Shown here: one piece after another, positions 12,074 to 24,224 of the stretch | How the letters are laid out: each line of letters opens with the position of its first letter | Position numbering within the stretch: position 1 is the first letter of the stretch | DNA from: Octopus bimaculoides | Taxonomy: Eukaryota | DNA: 64,000 bases | Reading direction: 5' to 3' | Assembly: GCF_001194135.2 (NCBI RefSeq) | Contig: NC_068982.1 | Span: forward strand, 91,431,206-91,495,205 | The notes under the pieces: model-generated | Databases searched by the model: none | Seen by the model: the letters and a program-made list of their open reading frames with translations, nothing else | Told to the model about the DNA's origin: nothing | Program-made: the position numbers and the translations under genes

Positions 12074-13098
12074 ACATTATTTACATTTGACGGATATTTG
12101 TCCTCATCTTGTATATTGTTAACACAATGTTTCGGCTGATATACCCTCCAGCCTTCATCAGGTGTCTTGGAGAAATTTCAAACCTGGGTTCTCATTCCTA
12201 AGGTATTTTTCGATGTTATTATTCAGGTCACTGCCTGGAATCAAACTCGGAATCTTGGGGTTAGTAGCCCGCGTTCTTAACCACTATGCCATATGCCTGT
12301 GGGCAATTATGGAGCGAATTTTAGGGCTTATAAATCTAATATTTTCCTATCCTTCCTTAATACTGGTTCCCATATGCTACTCATATCTGCACTTGGTCTG
12401 CTTAGGAGGTTGTTGTCTCCTAGCATATGTGCTGCTTCTTTTAGTTTACAAAAGATATGTGGCCCATATNNNNNNNNNNNNNNNNNNNNNNNNNNNNNNN
12501 NNNNNNNNNNNNNNNNNNNNNNNNNNNNNNNNNNNNNNNNNNNNNNNNNNNNNNNNNNNNNNNNNNNNNNNNNNNNNNNNNNNNNNNNNNNNNNNNNNNN
12601 NNNNNNNNNNNNNNNNNNNNNNNNNNNNNNNNNNNNNNNNNNNNNNNNNNNNNNNNNNNNNNNNNNNNNNNNNNNNNNNNNNNNNNNNNNNNNNNNNNNN
12701 NNNNNNNNNNNNNNNNNNNNNNNNNNNNNNNNNNNNNNNNNNNNNNNNNNNNNNNNNNNNNNNNNNNNNNNNNNNNNNNNNNNNNNNNNNNNNNNNNNNN
12801 NNATATTAGATTTATAAGCCCTAAAATTCACTCCATAATTGCCCATGGGCATATGGCATAGTGGTTAAAAGCACAGGCTATTAACCCCAAGATTCCGAGT
12901 TCAATTCCAGGCAGTGACCTCTGAATAATAATAATAATAACATCGAAAAATACCTTAGGAATGAGAACCCAGGTTCGAAATTTCCCCAAGACACCTGATG
13001 AAGGCTGAAACATTGTGTTAACAACAAACAAGATAAGGACAAATATCCGTCAAATGTAAATATTGTACATAATTCTTCATCTCTTAAATATAGAACTG
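12074..13098 (-). mobile_element. Penelope-like retroelement (PLE), truncated, with inverted terminal repeats; centre in gap 12470-12802
   Basis: ~270-bp arms 12074-12342 and 12803-13067 are reverse complements with several substitutions and indels. Minus-strand peptide YGPHIFCKLKEAAHMLGDNNLLSRPSADMSSIWEPVLRKDRKILDL* (12328-12469) resembles the C-terminus of a PLE GIY-YIG endonuclease (KEA..., N, W.P.L). 14-bp direct repeat AAATCAGATAATTT at 12060-12073 and 13099-13112. Confidence 0.75.
12121..12166 (-). ncRNA. Minimal type I hammerhead ribozyme motif in the PLE terminal repeat
   Basis: Minus strand: GACAC-CTGATGA-A-GGCTG-gagggtatat-CAGCC-GAAA-C-ATT-GTGTT. Core CUGAUGA and GAAA, 5-bp stem II GGCUG/CAGCC, stem I GACAC/GUGUU. 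Confidence 0.7.
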
Positions 13099-13602
13099 AA
13101 ATCAGATAATTTTTCAAACATTTCTTTTTATATTACATTTTTTTAATTGAGAAAATGGAAAGGAATGTTACATTTCTGCCTTTTTTAAGAGTATTGGCAC
13201 CATCAATAACACAAGGTGACTTCAGTCAAGAAATGATAACATCTGAGAAACTCAAATCACAAGATCTCCACTACACTCCATGGCATTTACTACTGAAGTT
13301 TCAGCTTCTTTCTGGTTCTTAAATATCTAGAAATAATACATCTCAATTAAAGTCCTGTATTTTCAAACATCTGCACTTTAAAATTTTTATTAACTTTCTC
13401 AAAAAAAAAGTCATAAACCATGTTAATTTGTAAATTAGAATTATAGTATTTTTAACGATAGAAGTTCAGGTCCTTTTTTTTTATACTGTTTAGGTTAACA
13501 AAACACTATGAATCCTAAAACAAGTATTTATATAAATATAAAAATGTTGCAAAATAAGAAACCAATACCTAGGACTATTTCTTTTGAAAATACTCAAGCT
13601 GA

Positions 13603-14001
13603 CTACTTTTTATGTGTACGTGCACTGTACAACACACCAGCCAGTATAGCAACAACAGTAAATCCTTGTCCCATAATTCGTAGTCTCATCATCATCTGAG
13701 ATCTCCTTTGGTTACCAGTCCTCATTTGCCATATACCATAAGACAGAGCAAATGTTGTCAGAGCAAGTCCTGCAAAAAATAAAACAAAAAAAACACCAAC
13801 ATAAGAATTCTATTATAGTTATTATTATTATTATTATTATTCAGTAGTTTTATTTTTATTGTGTGCTTTCACTTCACCACTGAGTACAGCTCTGTGCCTT
13901 GGGTATGTGCTGTGGTTTGCTGTGATGCTCTTATGGTTACTGTATTGAAAGTGTTTTGTGTAGGATGTGTGCAGTGCCCAGTAGTGCAATTTTCTGTATG
14001 T

Positions 14002-14032
<31 letters not shown>

Positions 14033-17000
14033 AAGTCCTGGTGTTTTTGTTATGTATTTGTCTGAATATTTTTTTTATCATTCCTAATGCTCCAATTATG
14101 ATAGGAATTGTTTCTGTTTTTAGATTCCACACTCGAGTTACCTCTATTTCCAAGTCTTTGTATTTTGAAAGTTTCTCCATTCCTTTTAGAGAAACTTTGT
14201 CATCTGTTGGTATTGATACATTAATTAGAAAGCATCATCATCATTATTATTATTATTATTATTATTAAGGTGGCAAGCTGGTAGAATTGTTAGCAAGCTG
14301 GGCTAGATACTTAGCGACATTTCATCCATTTTTATGTTCTGAGTTCAAATTCCACCAAGGTCGACTTTACCTTTCATCTTTTTGGGGTCACTAAATTAAG
14401 TACCAGTTAAGTACTGGAGTTGATGTAATCAACTTACCTCTTCCCTAAAATTTCAGGCCTTGTGCTTTTAGTAGAAAGGATTATTATTATCTGTTAAAAA
14501 TCATTTATGTTAGAAGGCAGAATTGTTAACAAGCCAGGCAAAATGCTTAGCAGTACTTTGTCCATCTTTATGTTCCGAGTTCAAATTCCATCAAGGTTGA
14601 TTTTGATTTTCGTCCTTTCAGGGTCAATAAATTAAGTACCAGTCGATTACTGGGGTCAATATAGTCGACTAGATTTCAGGAATGTGCTTATAGTAGAAAG
14701 GATTATTATTATTATACATATTTCTATATCTAAGATGAGTCACCGCAAGAATAATTCAAAATTACTAGACTATTTTTCTTGACCTTGTGTTCAATCACTC
14801 TCATTTTTGATAATCCATGGAATAACAGAATCTCAAACATGAAGAACAGTTAAAACATGATGACAAGAAGAGCATCTGACCATGAAATCCTGCTTCAATT
14901 CTCAATAACAATCCATCCTAGTATGGAAAAAAATATATGAATGAATATTTTTATTGATCTTTTCATCAAATAATAGAAATAAAATGGTTAAGTGTGATAA
15001 ACAATTTTTTTTTCAATACCAGTATAAGTGCTTTATCAGTTTGACACTGGTTCCAGTTGATCCAATCAACAAAACATGCTACTTGTGAAATTAACATGCA
15101 AGTGACTGAGCACTCTACAGACACGCATACACTTAACATAGCTCTCAGGGAGATTCAGAGTGACACAGAATGTAGTACCGGAATTACAGGTACTACTCAT
15201 TTTTATCAGCTGAATGGACCGGAGCAATGTGAAATAAGGTGTCTTGCTCAAGGACACACCGCGCTGCTGGAAATCGACCTTACGATCATGAACCAAACAC
15301 CCAAACAACAAGACTAAGTACCTTCGTTACTTGATAAATAAATAACTCTTGAAAATACTCTCTCTCTCTCTCTCTCTATGTTCCATACCTACAAGCATTG
15401 GCAATCATAGGCCACCATGCCAAAGTCAGAAAATTTTCATGACATTTTCCTCAAGAAAAAATACGATAATGGTTTCCAGTTGTCTTCTGCCAGTTTATTT
15501 GTATTTTTACTGTGCTAGTCTCCTATTCTCTTGACATTACCTTCGATACACTGGGCTTTATTTAAACCTTAGAAAGCGGAGCTGGTCCCCTTGACACCAG
15601 AGATACCGGTAGGCCTATGTGACATATCTAGGGACTAACCTTCCTCCGAGACCAGTAACTTAAACCCCAGGACTATTCCCTCTCTCACGTAACAAGGGCC
15701 CGTGGCTGGTATTACCACCCTGAGCCAGAGTGAATCTCGGAGTGGTGGTGACACATGGTAAATTCCATACACCTCAAAATTCCTGAACACCTGAGCTGTA
15801 ACCTCACCATCAGATGCAGTTTCCTGTTTTGTCCAGAACACCTTAAACCTCAGTGCAGTGTAAACCTCCAAATCATCTTAAGAACCCTACACACACACAT
15901 TTTTAGAAGGTTGCTTGATATGGCTGGTCAGAAAGCAACCATTGGTTTCGTACCTATAATGGTAAGAGCTTTATATGCGACTTGTCAGACTTTAATGTTT
16001 TAGAGTGTGCTTCTTTTTCTGATATATGAACTACTGACTGGATGGTTGGGGGCTGAACACAGAGGGGACAAAATACAAAGTAGAACTTTTCTTTTTGGGG
16101 AGAGGAGAGAAAAAAAAAAGGGATAGATAGATAGATAGACAGACGGGCGGGCGGACGGACATACATACTTTTGCAAGCTGAAATTCAACACAAGTGTTGG
16201 TTCAATGTTATTAAAATGTAGGACTGCTGTAAAGTGATTACGAGCATTGAAGTTTCGTACCATAAGTAAAAATCTTCAGTTCAAGCCTTTAAATATTGAT
16301 TTCTAATTTTAGGCACAAGCCCAACAATTTCTCGAGAGAGTAAATCAGTTATATCGACCCCAGTGCTCAAGTGGTACTTATTCTATCGACCCCGAAAAGA
16401 TGAAAAGTAAAGTCGACCTTGGTGGAACTTGAACTCAGAACGAAATGCCGCTAAGAATCTTGTGCAACGTGCTAACGATTCTAGTAGCTCACCGCCTTTA
16501 AACCTTTAAATATTGATGATATAAAGATGATATCAAATTCTGTAGGAAATAGAAACAAACATTAAAGATGAATACATATCCGAGATGAGTTATTAATATT
16601 ATTACCATTTTTCGGAGTGAGAGAGTTAAAGTTTACTAATCAATAAAGAAGTTCAAATTAGTAGCGGTCCTTATAAATATTGTAAGTTAAAAACACTAAT
16701 TTTTACTGGAATTGCACTGAATTCTTTTTTCCAAAAAGTTATGAGGGTTAAAAAATAAGTAAAATTTTTACTCTTACCTAGAAGAGAAACCTGAAATTTA
16801 AATATATTAACTAAAAGACTAGGTTTATCAAAAGTGCTTGATAGTCAACAATACTATATCAGACTACAATTCCTATACTGAGTAAAATATGAATAACGAA
16901 GAATTTAATAAAGCCTAAATCGGGTTTAATGAAAAAATATCGTTGTTATGTAACCTTACCGAAAGGAACAGCCGGGTTTTCTTTTGTTTTTCTGATAAGT

Positions 17001-17113
17001 TTTTCTCTTAAACCTTCTTCATATCTACCAAAAACTATTTCTTTTGGAGGTGGTAAATAAGCAAATTCCGGAACATCCATTTTCTCTATCTTTTTGGGAA
17101 CATCGGAGGACAT
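13603..17113 (-). CDS. HIGD2A: HIG1 domain family member 2A-like (Rcf1 homologue, mitochondrial inner membrane), 106 aa; complement(join(13603..13769,16960..17113))
   Basis: Exon 1 MSSDVPKKIEKMDVPEFAYLPPPKEIVFGRYEEGLREKLIRKTKENPAVPF, donor G|GTAAG at 16960/16959. Exon 2 follows a GCAG acceptor: (G)LALTTFALSYGIWQMRTGNQRRSQMMMRLRIMGQGFTVVAILAGVLYSARTHKK*. Phases match. Hallmark motifs KL.RK..ENP.VP.G and SQ.MMR.RI..QGFTV. Confidence 0.93.
14267..14712 (+). mobile_element. Two tandem tRNA-headed SINE copies (central GCCTTTCATCC...GGGGTCGATAAATTAAGTACCAG-like domain, (ATT)n tails)
   Basis: B-box-like GAGTTCAAATTCC at ~14341 and ~14577, shared central domain, ATT tails. From memory the central domain resembles the MetaSINE domain; not verified. 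Confidence 0.75.
15040..15310 (-). mobile_element. tRNA-headed SINE with CORE/V-like domain (same family as 30045-30360)
   Basis: Reverse complement shares GTGTCCTTGAGCAAGACAC and CACTTGCATGTTAATTTCACAAG with the 30045-30360 copy. Confidence 0.7.
16301..16502 (-). mobile_element. tRNA-headed SINE with 15-bp target site duplication
   Basis: CCTTTAAATATTGAT at 16286-16300 and 16503-16517; internal reverse complement of the family seen at 14267. Confidence 0.85.
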
Positions 17114-17390
17114 GATTACGGACGAAATGTCTTTAAGAGTTTCTGTAGTCACCGGCTGCGTTGAGTACCAACTGTTACTTGATAATAAAGAATATTATTA
17201 CAATAACGTACTTTTGTATTTTCTTTCTACTTATTTTAATTCATGCCATGAAAGCTTTAGTATTAAATTTAATTTATAAATTAAAATTATCGGCAATGCT
17301 CGTATAAAGTAATATATTGTAAATAATAATTGGAATTATTTTTAGAAGTGGCAGTTCACCGCTTTTCTCATTTCATGTAGAAGTCACATA
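17114..17390. promoter_or_regulatory. Bidirectional promoter region between HIGD2A-like and DDX56
   Basis: Divergent ATGs at 17113 (-) and 17391 (+), separated by 277 bp that are repeat-free and retain CpG dinucleotides. Confidence 0.75.
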
Positions 17391-20300
17391 ATGGACGACG
17401 AAGAATGTGAAGTACCTTTTCATGCGATGGGACTGGACGATAGAGTTCTTCAGGTAGAAATCTATTAAGCTTTGTCTGTTTGTAGATATAATTATAAAAA
17501 ATGTAAATTATCTACTTTACTTTTTATTTAGTGTCAGTGTTAAACTTTAGTAATATTTTCTCATTTGTTGATGACACGTGGTTATAACTAAGGCATTAAA
17601 TAACTAAATCTCTCAGATTGTATTCAATCGTCTTTAAACAATGGAAGGATATTTTGGACAGTATAGCCAAAATACAATTTGTCGTAAAAAGAAAAAGCGA
17701 TCTTGACTGTGTGTAATTATAAATGTTTGTTTAATGAATCGTAAAATATTTGCTTCACTATGTGCATATCAGGACAAGCATGATATTGTCGTTAAATATC
17801 AGTTGGAAAAATTTAATTTGTTCTTGTTTCTAATGAAAGATTCGATCTTTTAATTCAGTCATCATCATCATCATAGTTAAACTGTTTATTTTTCTCTAGT
17901 TGCATGGATTTGAATATTATTTAAGTTTCTTGGATCACAGGTATTCAAATCTTGAGTATCCCATTTTATTCAGGTGTATTGTACCTATACAACATTGTGT
18001 TATCCTATGCCTCTTACCTTTTAAAATGATAGGAGTGTGATATGAAAGATTTTGGCTGCTATTTCTTGAGCAACAACATATATGCTTCATTGATTTGTGA
18101 TCTGCATGTATACTAACAACATCATGTCTAGTCTTATAATTATCCCGATGTTATCTTTTCCTCAGTTACAATCCACTGTCAGCCTAAGACACTTTGTCAC
18201 CAACTCTTTAATCCCATTGTAGCTGCGTTTCTTTTACACAGCTAATTCCTTCCAAACTCTGTCACTTCATGTTTTCTCTAGTTTTTGTACAAGTTTAACA
18301 ATGGAGGTACAACGCTTCGTCATTTTCTCTAGCAACGAGGTGCAACCAGTCATTTTCTCTAGCAACGAGGTGCAACCAGTCATTTTCTCTAGCCCTTGCA
18401 GATTTCCAGCATTTAGGGCCCACATTTTGGTACTGTACAACTTCGCATTTATTTTTACCTTTTTTTTTTTATATACAGTCTGCCTTTTGTACACCACAGA
18501 GAAATACTTCATAGCTAGTGGAAGTAACAGGTTCTTGTATGGTCTTGTTTGACCACAGCTTAAACAAATGTGTTATAGCTGTGATCATTTTGTCTTTTAG
18601 TATATGTAGAACTATATTGTCAATGTGTCCTTTTGAAGGTATGATTTGAGGGAGATTTGGTTATTATCTCTACCTGGTTGAAAAGCTACATGAGGTTCTA
18701 TCATCCATCAGCTTGAGCTTCCTGGTTGAACATAGTTATTCTTTTCCTGTGTATCAAAGCCTTTCCGCATAAGGTACTGATATTTTGAGCTCTTGCTCTC
18801 TCTCTCCATACTGTAGCACTTTATTGCCATGTTGGTCTTTCAGCTTTTGCCCAATAAACAGTCTTTCCATATTTGGAACTTTTTTATGCTAAGAGAATAG
18901 AACCCTCATACCTTGTTCTTTCACTATCCATCAGACTACAGAATGAGAGTTTTTCAGATCATGATTTTATTTAGCTTGATGTCTCTTCTCAAGCACAGCA
19001 AACCACCAGAAGTCTCAATCCCTTGTCATACCCTCTGTGAGGCCCAATTATATTCCTCAAATTATAATTTGTCATTGTAATACTTCCACATCTCTGCCAG
19101 TTAAAGCAAGTGTATCACTCATTTCCAGCACTTCTCACAAACAACATTCTAAATTCTTACATAATAATTTCTTTGACTTTATATTTTTAGTCCATTGCAA
19201 ACCTTGGCTGGTCAAATCCAACCCTAATCCAGGAAAAAGCTATCCCACTAGCTTTAGAAGGAAAAGATATTTTAATCCAGGCTAAAACTGGATCTGGAAA
19301 AACTGCTGCTTTTGCAATCCCTATCATTCAGAAGATTTTATTGTCAAAACAAGTAAGTTTTTTTCGTTTTCAAACCAGTTGTATCCTTTTGTTTCTATGT
19401 TTCTGTTTTTTGATCCAAGTACTTTTGAAAGTAATGAAGAATTTAGTGAAATAACTGTCATTATTAAGCTGATGTTTGGAATATAAATGAATATGAAATT
19501 TTGATGGTTTTAATTTAGGTAATTTTAAAATGTAAAGTTTGCATTTTAGAACTAGGGGCAGTCTCTGACAGATTAGTATCAAAGGGTTAAAACAGCAAGT
19601 TGTTCATGCTCTGTTGTACCAATTTTCACTGAAATGGAGAGAACTGTCATTAATGAATATTAAATCTTGGGCATAAAAACTATGTAATACCAGTGACAGG
19701 ATTTGAACCAATAACCTTTTGGTTGATTGCCTAATACAATTTACCATTACCCATCTTGTTTGTTCATTTTAATGTCTGATTTTCAATACTAGCTTGTGTT
19801 AGGTAAATATATTTACCAACCATTCCAAGAGTCTAATGAATGCCTTTTACGTGCCACCAGCATGGTTGCCTGTTCTGTGACACTGGCATCAGCCATAACT
19901 ATGGTTCCACTTGGCTTGACTAGTCTTCTTAAGCACAGCATATCACCAAAGGTCTTGGTCACTTGTCACTGCCTTTGAGGCCCACTGTTTGAAGACAGCA
20001 AGTCAATCACCCATTTTGGAGAAGTGCAGTTCTCAACATGCACACTCACATACACACACAATAGGCTTTTTCAGTTTACATCCAAAAAAATGTACTTTCA
20101 AGGTATTGGTCAACCCAGGGTTATAGTAGAAAGCATAAAGGTACTTCAGAGTGGGACTGAACTTGAAACTATGTAGTTGAGAAGAAAACGTCATGATCAC
20201 ACAGCCATGCCTGCACTTGAAGTACTTGGGTTTTAATTATAGTGTTTAGATCAGTGGCTCTCAGTCTTCTTTCATTTATGTATCCCTTTGATTACTATTC

Positions 20301-23300
20301 TATTATGGTGAGCCCCTGTAGTCATTCCATATTTAAAAACTAGTTTTAAAGACACTTCTTTCAAAGTTCCTATTTTGTCTTCCATACATTAACTTGTGCA
20401 GGTTGAACTATGTAAAATGTTTAAAAAAGAAATTTAACTGTTTCTTGCAATAAATACATCTAGTGAATGCTAGATACAAATACAAATAGAATTACTGTTA
20501 GCTTGTCTAAAAAAAATTGTTAGATATTTATTTTTTTATTCTTTAGTCAGCCCTTGAGCAGTCAGTGAGAGCCATAGTTGTAACACCATCTAAACAGCTC
20601 TGTGCACAAGCCTGTAAAGTTATAAAGGTGAGTGATACTTAACCTTTTTTTATCTTTTACTTTTTCCTTCATTTTTTTCTCTCATACTATTTATATCTTC
20701 ACTACCATGCTGCCCACATTTTGGTGGTTTCTTATACTTCCTATCTAAAACTGCAGTCATCTAATTTCATCAAATTTTTTTCTTTTAAATCTCTTGCAGG
20801 CTAATGAGATTCTGTCTCATTGGCTGCTCAGTCAGCTAGAAATAGTAGCTAAATATCCCTCATATTACACCTGACCAGCTACCATAATCATCATTATCAT
20901 CTTTGTGGTCACTTGCTTAGCTGTTAAGAGGCAAAATCTCTTTCACAAAAAAAAAAAAAATGGAAGTATATATTGGATATACACATAGGTGATGGTCATT
21001 CCTGGAGTGTCTTTGATCATTAAATTTGCTCTGTCTGGACTGGTTAGAGAGAAGTAAACAAAAACAGTAACAGATGTAAAGTAAGGTCCAGTGACACATT
21101 AAATGCACTTGTGCTGGAGCCACATAAACTGCACTCATGCTAGTGCCATGTTTAAACACACTTGTGCCAGTGTTACATAAAATCATCTTTGCTGGTACCG
21201 CATAAAAAGCACCCAGCACACTCTGTAAAGTAGTTTGCATTAGGAAGGGCAGCAAACTGTAGAAACCATGCCAAAACAGACAACTCTCTGGAAGGCCAGT
21301 GCCCGTCAAACTGTCCAACATATGCTAGCATGGAAAATGGACTTTAGACGACAATGATGATGGTGACGATGGATATGTATATATGTATGTGTGTGTGTGT
21401 GTATGTATTGAGTAGAATGCCAAGATATAATTGTTTCTCCCTTTCAACAATACCTTACCATTTTTTTCTGATACTCTTCACAGGAACTCAGTGATTGTTG
21501 TGCGACAGAAATCCAGTGTGTTGATATCAGTCCTAAAGAACCACTTCCTGTTCAAAAGTAAGTTTTTTTCTTCTTTTTTTTTTTTTATAAATAAATGTAT
21601 TTAATTTTTTGCATTTTTAATTATTCACTTTTCTTTGATATTCAGTTTCATCCCACCAATTAATGTTATTCATCATTATCATGATCATGGGTTTTCTTTT
21701 ACAGTTGCATACAGCCACAAAATTTATAATGGAGAAGTGTAGTAGATTAAATTGGCCCCAGGATATTACAAATATTTATTCTAGCAACATGGAGGGATAA
21801 TGATAATAATAATAATAATGATGATCCTTTCTACAATAGGTACAAGGCTGAAATTTTGAGGGGGCTAGTCAATTACATAGATCCCAGTGTTTGACTACTA
21901 CTTAATTTATCAACCTGAAAGAATAAAAGCAAAGTCAACTTCAGTAGAATTAGAACTCAGAATGTACAGTCAGAAGAAATGCAACTAAGCATTTTGTCTG
22001 GCATGCTAACGATTCTGTCAGCTTGCCATGATAATAAAAAGACATGCTTAAAAGGGAGAATTTTTCATCAAGTTCTAACAAGGAACATGATAATTCTTAA
22101 AGTAAAAATTAGTTTCGAGTGCTAGCATTAAAAAGACATCTTCTGTAGAAGCAGTGTAAGGATGAACTGAGGAGTAGTTATGGCAAATCTGAGAAGATTA
22201 GACCTTATGTCAGAAGAGGAAAGTATTGAATTGAGGGCAAAAGGATGTAAAACTTGGTGGTGCTTGAAGTGGTGGCAGCAGTATTCTTCATTACCATTTT
22301 GATCTTTTCTCACTGTCCTAATATTTAGCATTGTGTCTACCTCACATGAACTAGAAGCAAAAAACAAAAACAAGGTAATCTTATCCATTGTTATCTTTTT
22401 TTCTAAGATATCATCATTTCCCTATGTCACCTCTGGCTGACCAATGCTATGTGAGTGGAATCAATAAAAGAAAGTTATTTTGTGTATGTGTTTTGCTGTC
22501 CTATTGTCTACATAAGTATTAACATTGTGCTGAGATTGTTTAATTCTAACATGTAAACATTTCTGGTTTTCTAAGAGTAGCATGAACAATAGATAGTGTT
22601 TTGGTTGGCCAAAAGGTTTCTATGTGCAAAGTTTATATTTTTTTTCATTCTTCAGTTAGAACATTAATAACATTTGGAAAGAAAAGGAATGAAAAAATAA
22701 CCGGATTCATATCACTGTCAGAAATAATATTGTTATAATGCACAACAATGTAGTAAATTGAGAGATGGAGAAAAATTTATTCATGGTAAACTACATCTGT
22801 ACGTCAACTGTTATAGTTTATCCACAAGTGCAGGCTTTTCACTTTTATATCTTTTCTAACATTAGTTTCAGTTTTGAGGGAAATTTTAGCAGATTGAGGG
22901 GCTACAAAAAGGCTCCCCTGTTTGGCTTGTCCACAAATCAGTTTTCATTCATGGTGATAAACTGCTCTCATTTTCCCGACCTTCTTAAGAAGAGCCATGT
23001 CACAATGTTTCTGATTCCCTTCTATAATAATTTGATTGAAGAGAATTAGGCTGGGCACAGTTGATCCCAAGCTAGATTGGCATATTTGTGCAGTCCCTAT
23101 TTGAGCACCACCTATTTAGCTCTTCCTTCTGTAGTTGATCCATAAGGCGATACTCACTGTCACATAGAAGGCAAAATACTTTGTAATTTAAGATAGAAAT
23201 TCATTTTTTTTCATTAATTAATTATATATATATATATATATATATTCCTCTTTTTATTCCAGGCCTATTTTAATGGAAAAACCTGATATTGTTGTTGGCA

Positions 23301-24193
23301 CACCATCAAGAATTCTTGCTCATATTGGTGTAAATAACTTATTTCTAAAGGACAGCATGGAATTTCTGGTTATTGATGAAGCAGACCTACTTCTAGCATT
23401 TGGTTACATCAATGATATGAAAGCTTTACTCAAGTAATTATTTTTACCATTTGATTTAGTGAGTGAGAGTGTGAATGTTTGTGTGTGTGAACTATTTTTG
23501 ATTTTTATGTTTCAAACTCAAAGTTAATGTACGTTGCTGTAAATCTCTTTTTTCATCTGTGCAAGAAATACAAGGATTGAAAATTTTCAAAACTGCTAAA
23601 CATTGAAAGAAGTGGAATATAATAATCAAAGTAGAATGGCAATCACTATTGAAATAAATAGAATGATATAGCATTGTCTAGGGTTTATACAAGAAACTCA
23701 AGTCTCACGTTCTAATTACTAAATTAACACACTTAGGGTAATTACTACTATCAGTGTTTTTAATTGACAACTAAACTAAACTAAGGTCAGTATAATAATG
23801 TTGACTAAGGGCTACAGTATTGGTTTAAAGTAAATAATTGAAAATTCAGAAACAAACATATTCAGTGACTTTTTGTGATAATAAAAAAAAAATCTAACAT
23901 TTCAGTTGTGTCCTTTCTTTGGAGAATGAAGGCCACTAGCCAAAATCTCAAGCTTTCCTTCTCAAGACACTCAAATATACTCTCTCTTTACTTACTTGTT
24001 TCAGTCATTTAAACTGTGGCCATGCTGGAGCACTGCCTTTAGTCGAGCAAATCGACTCCAGGACTTATTCTTTGGAAGCCTAGTACTTATTCTATTGGTC
24101 TGTTTTGCCGAACCGCTAAGTTACGGGGGATTTAAACACACCACCATCGGTTGTCAAGCGATGTTGGGGGGGGACAAACACAGACACACAAAC

Positions 24194-24224
<31 letters not shown>

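Noticed and set aside
12847-12919. Functional tRNA gene (and other tRNA-like heads in the window)
   Set aside because: Acceptor and anticodon stems are mispaired and each is fused to retroelement sequence; treated as Pol III promoter-derived heads.
17114-17152. GTG-initiated N-terminal extension of HIGD2A in the ORF track
   Set aside because: ATG at 17113 gives a 106-aa protein of normal family length; the extension is more likely 5' UTR.
18319-18393. CRISPR-like direct repeats
   Set aside because: Units are contiguous with no spacers, lie inside a eukaryotic LINE remnant, and have no cas genes.
22945-23180. Intronic snoRNA candidates upstream of DDX56 exon 5 (GTGATAA...CTGA; two hairpins sharing AGTTGATCC)
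   Set aside because: Host type and position are plausible, but the C box is imperfect with no terminal stem, and no H (ANANNA) or ACA box is correctly placed. snoscan/snoGPS or small-RNA data would be needed.
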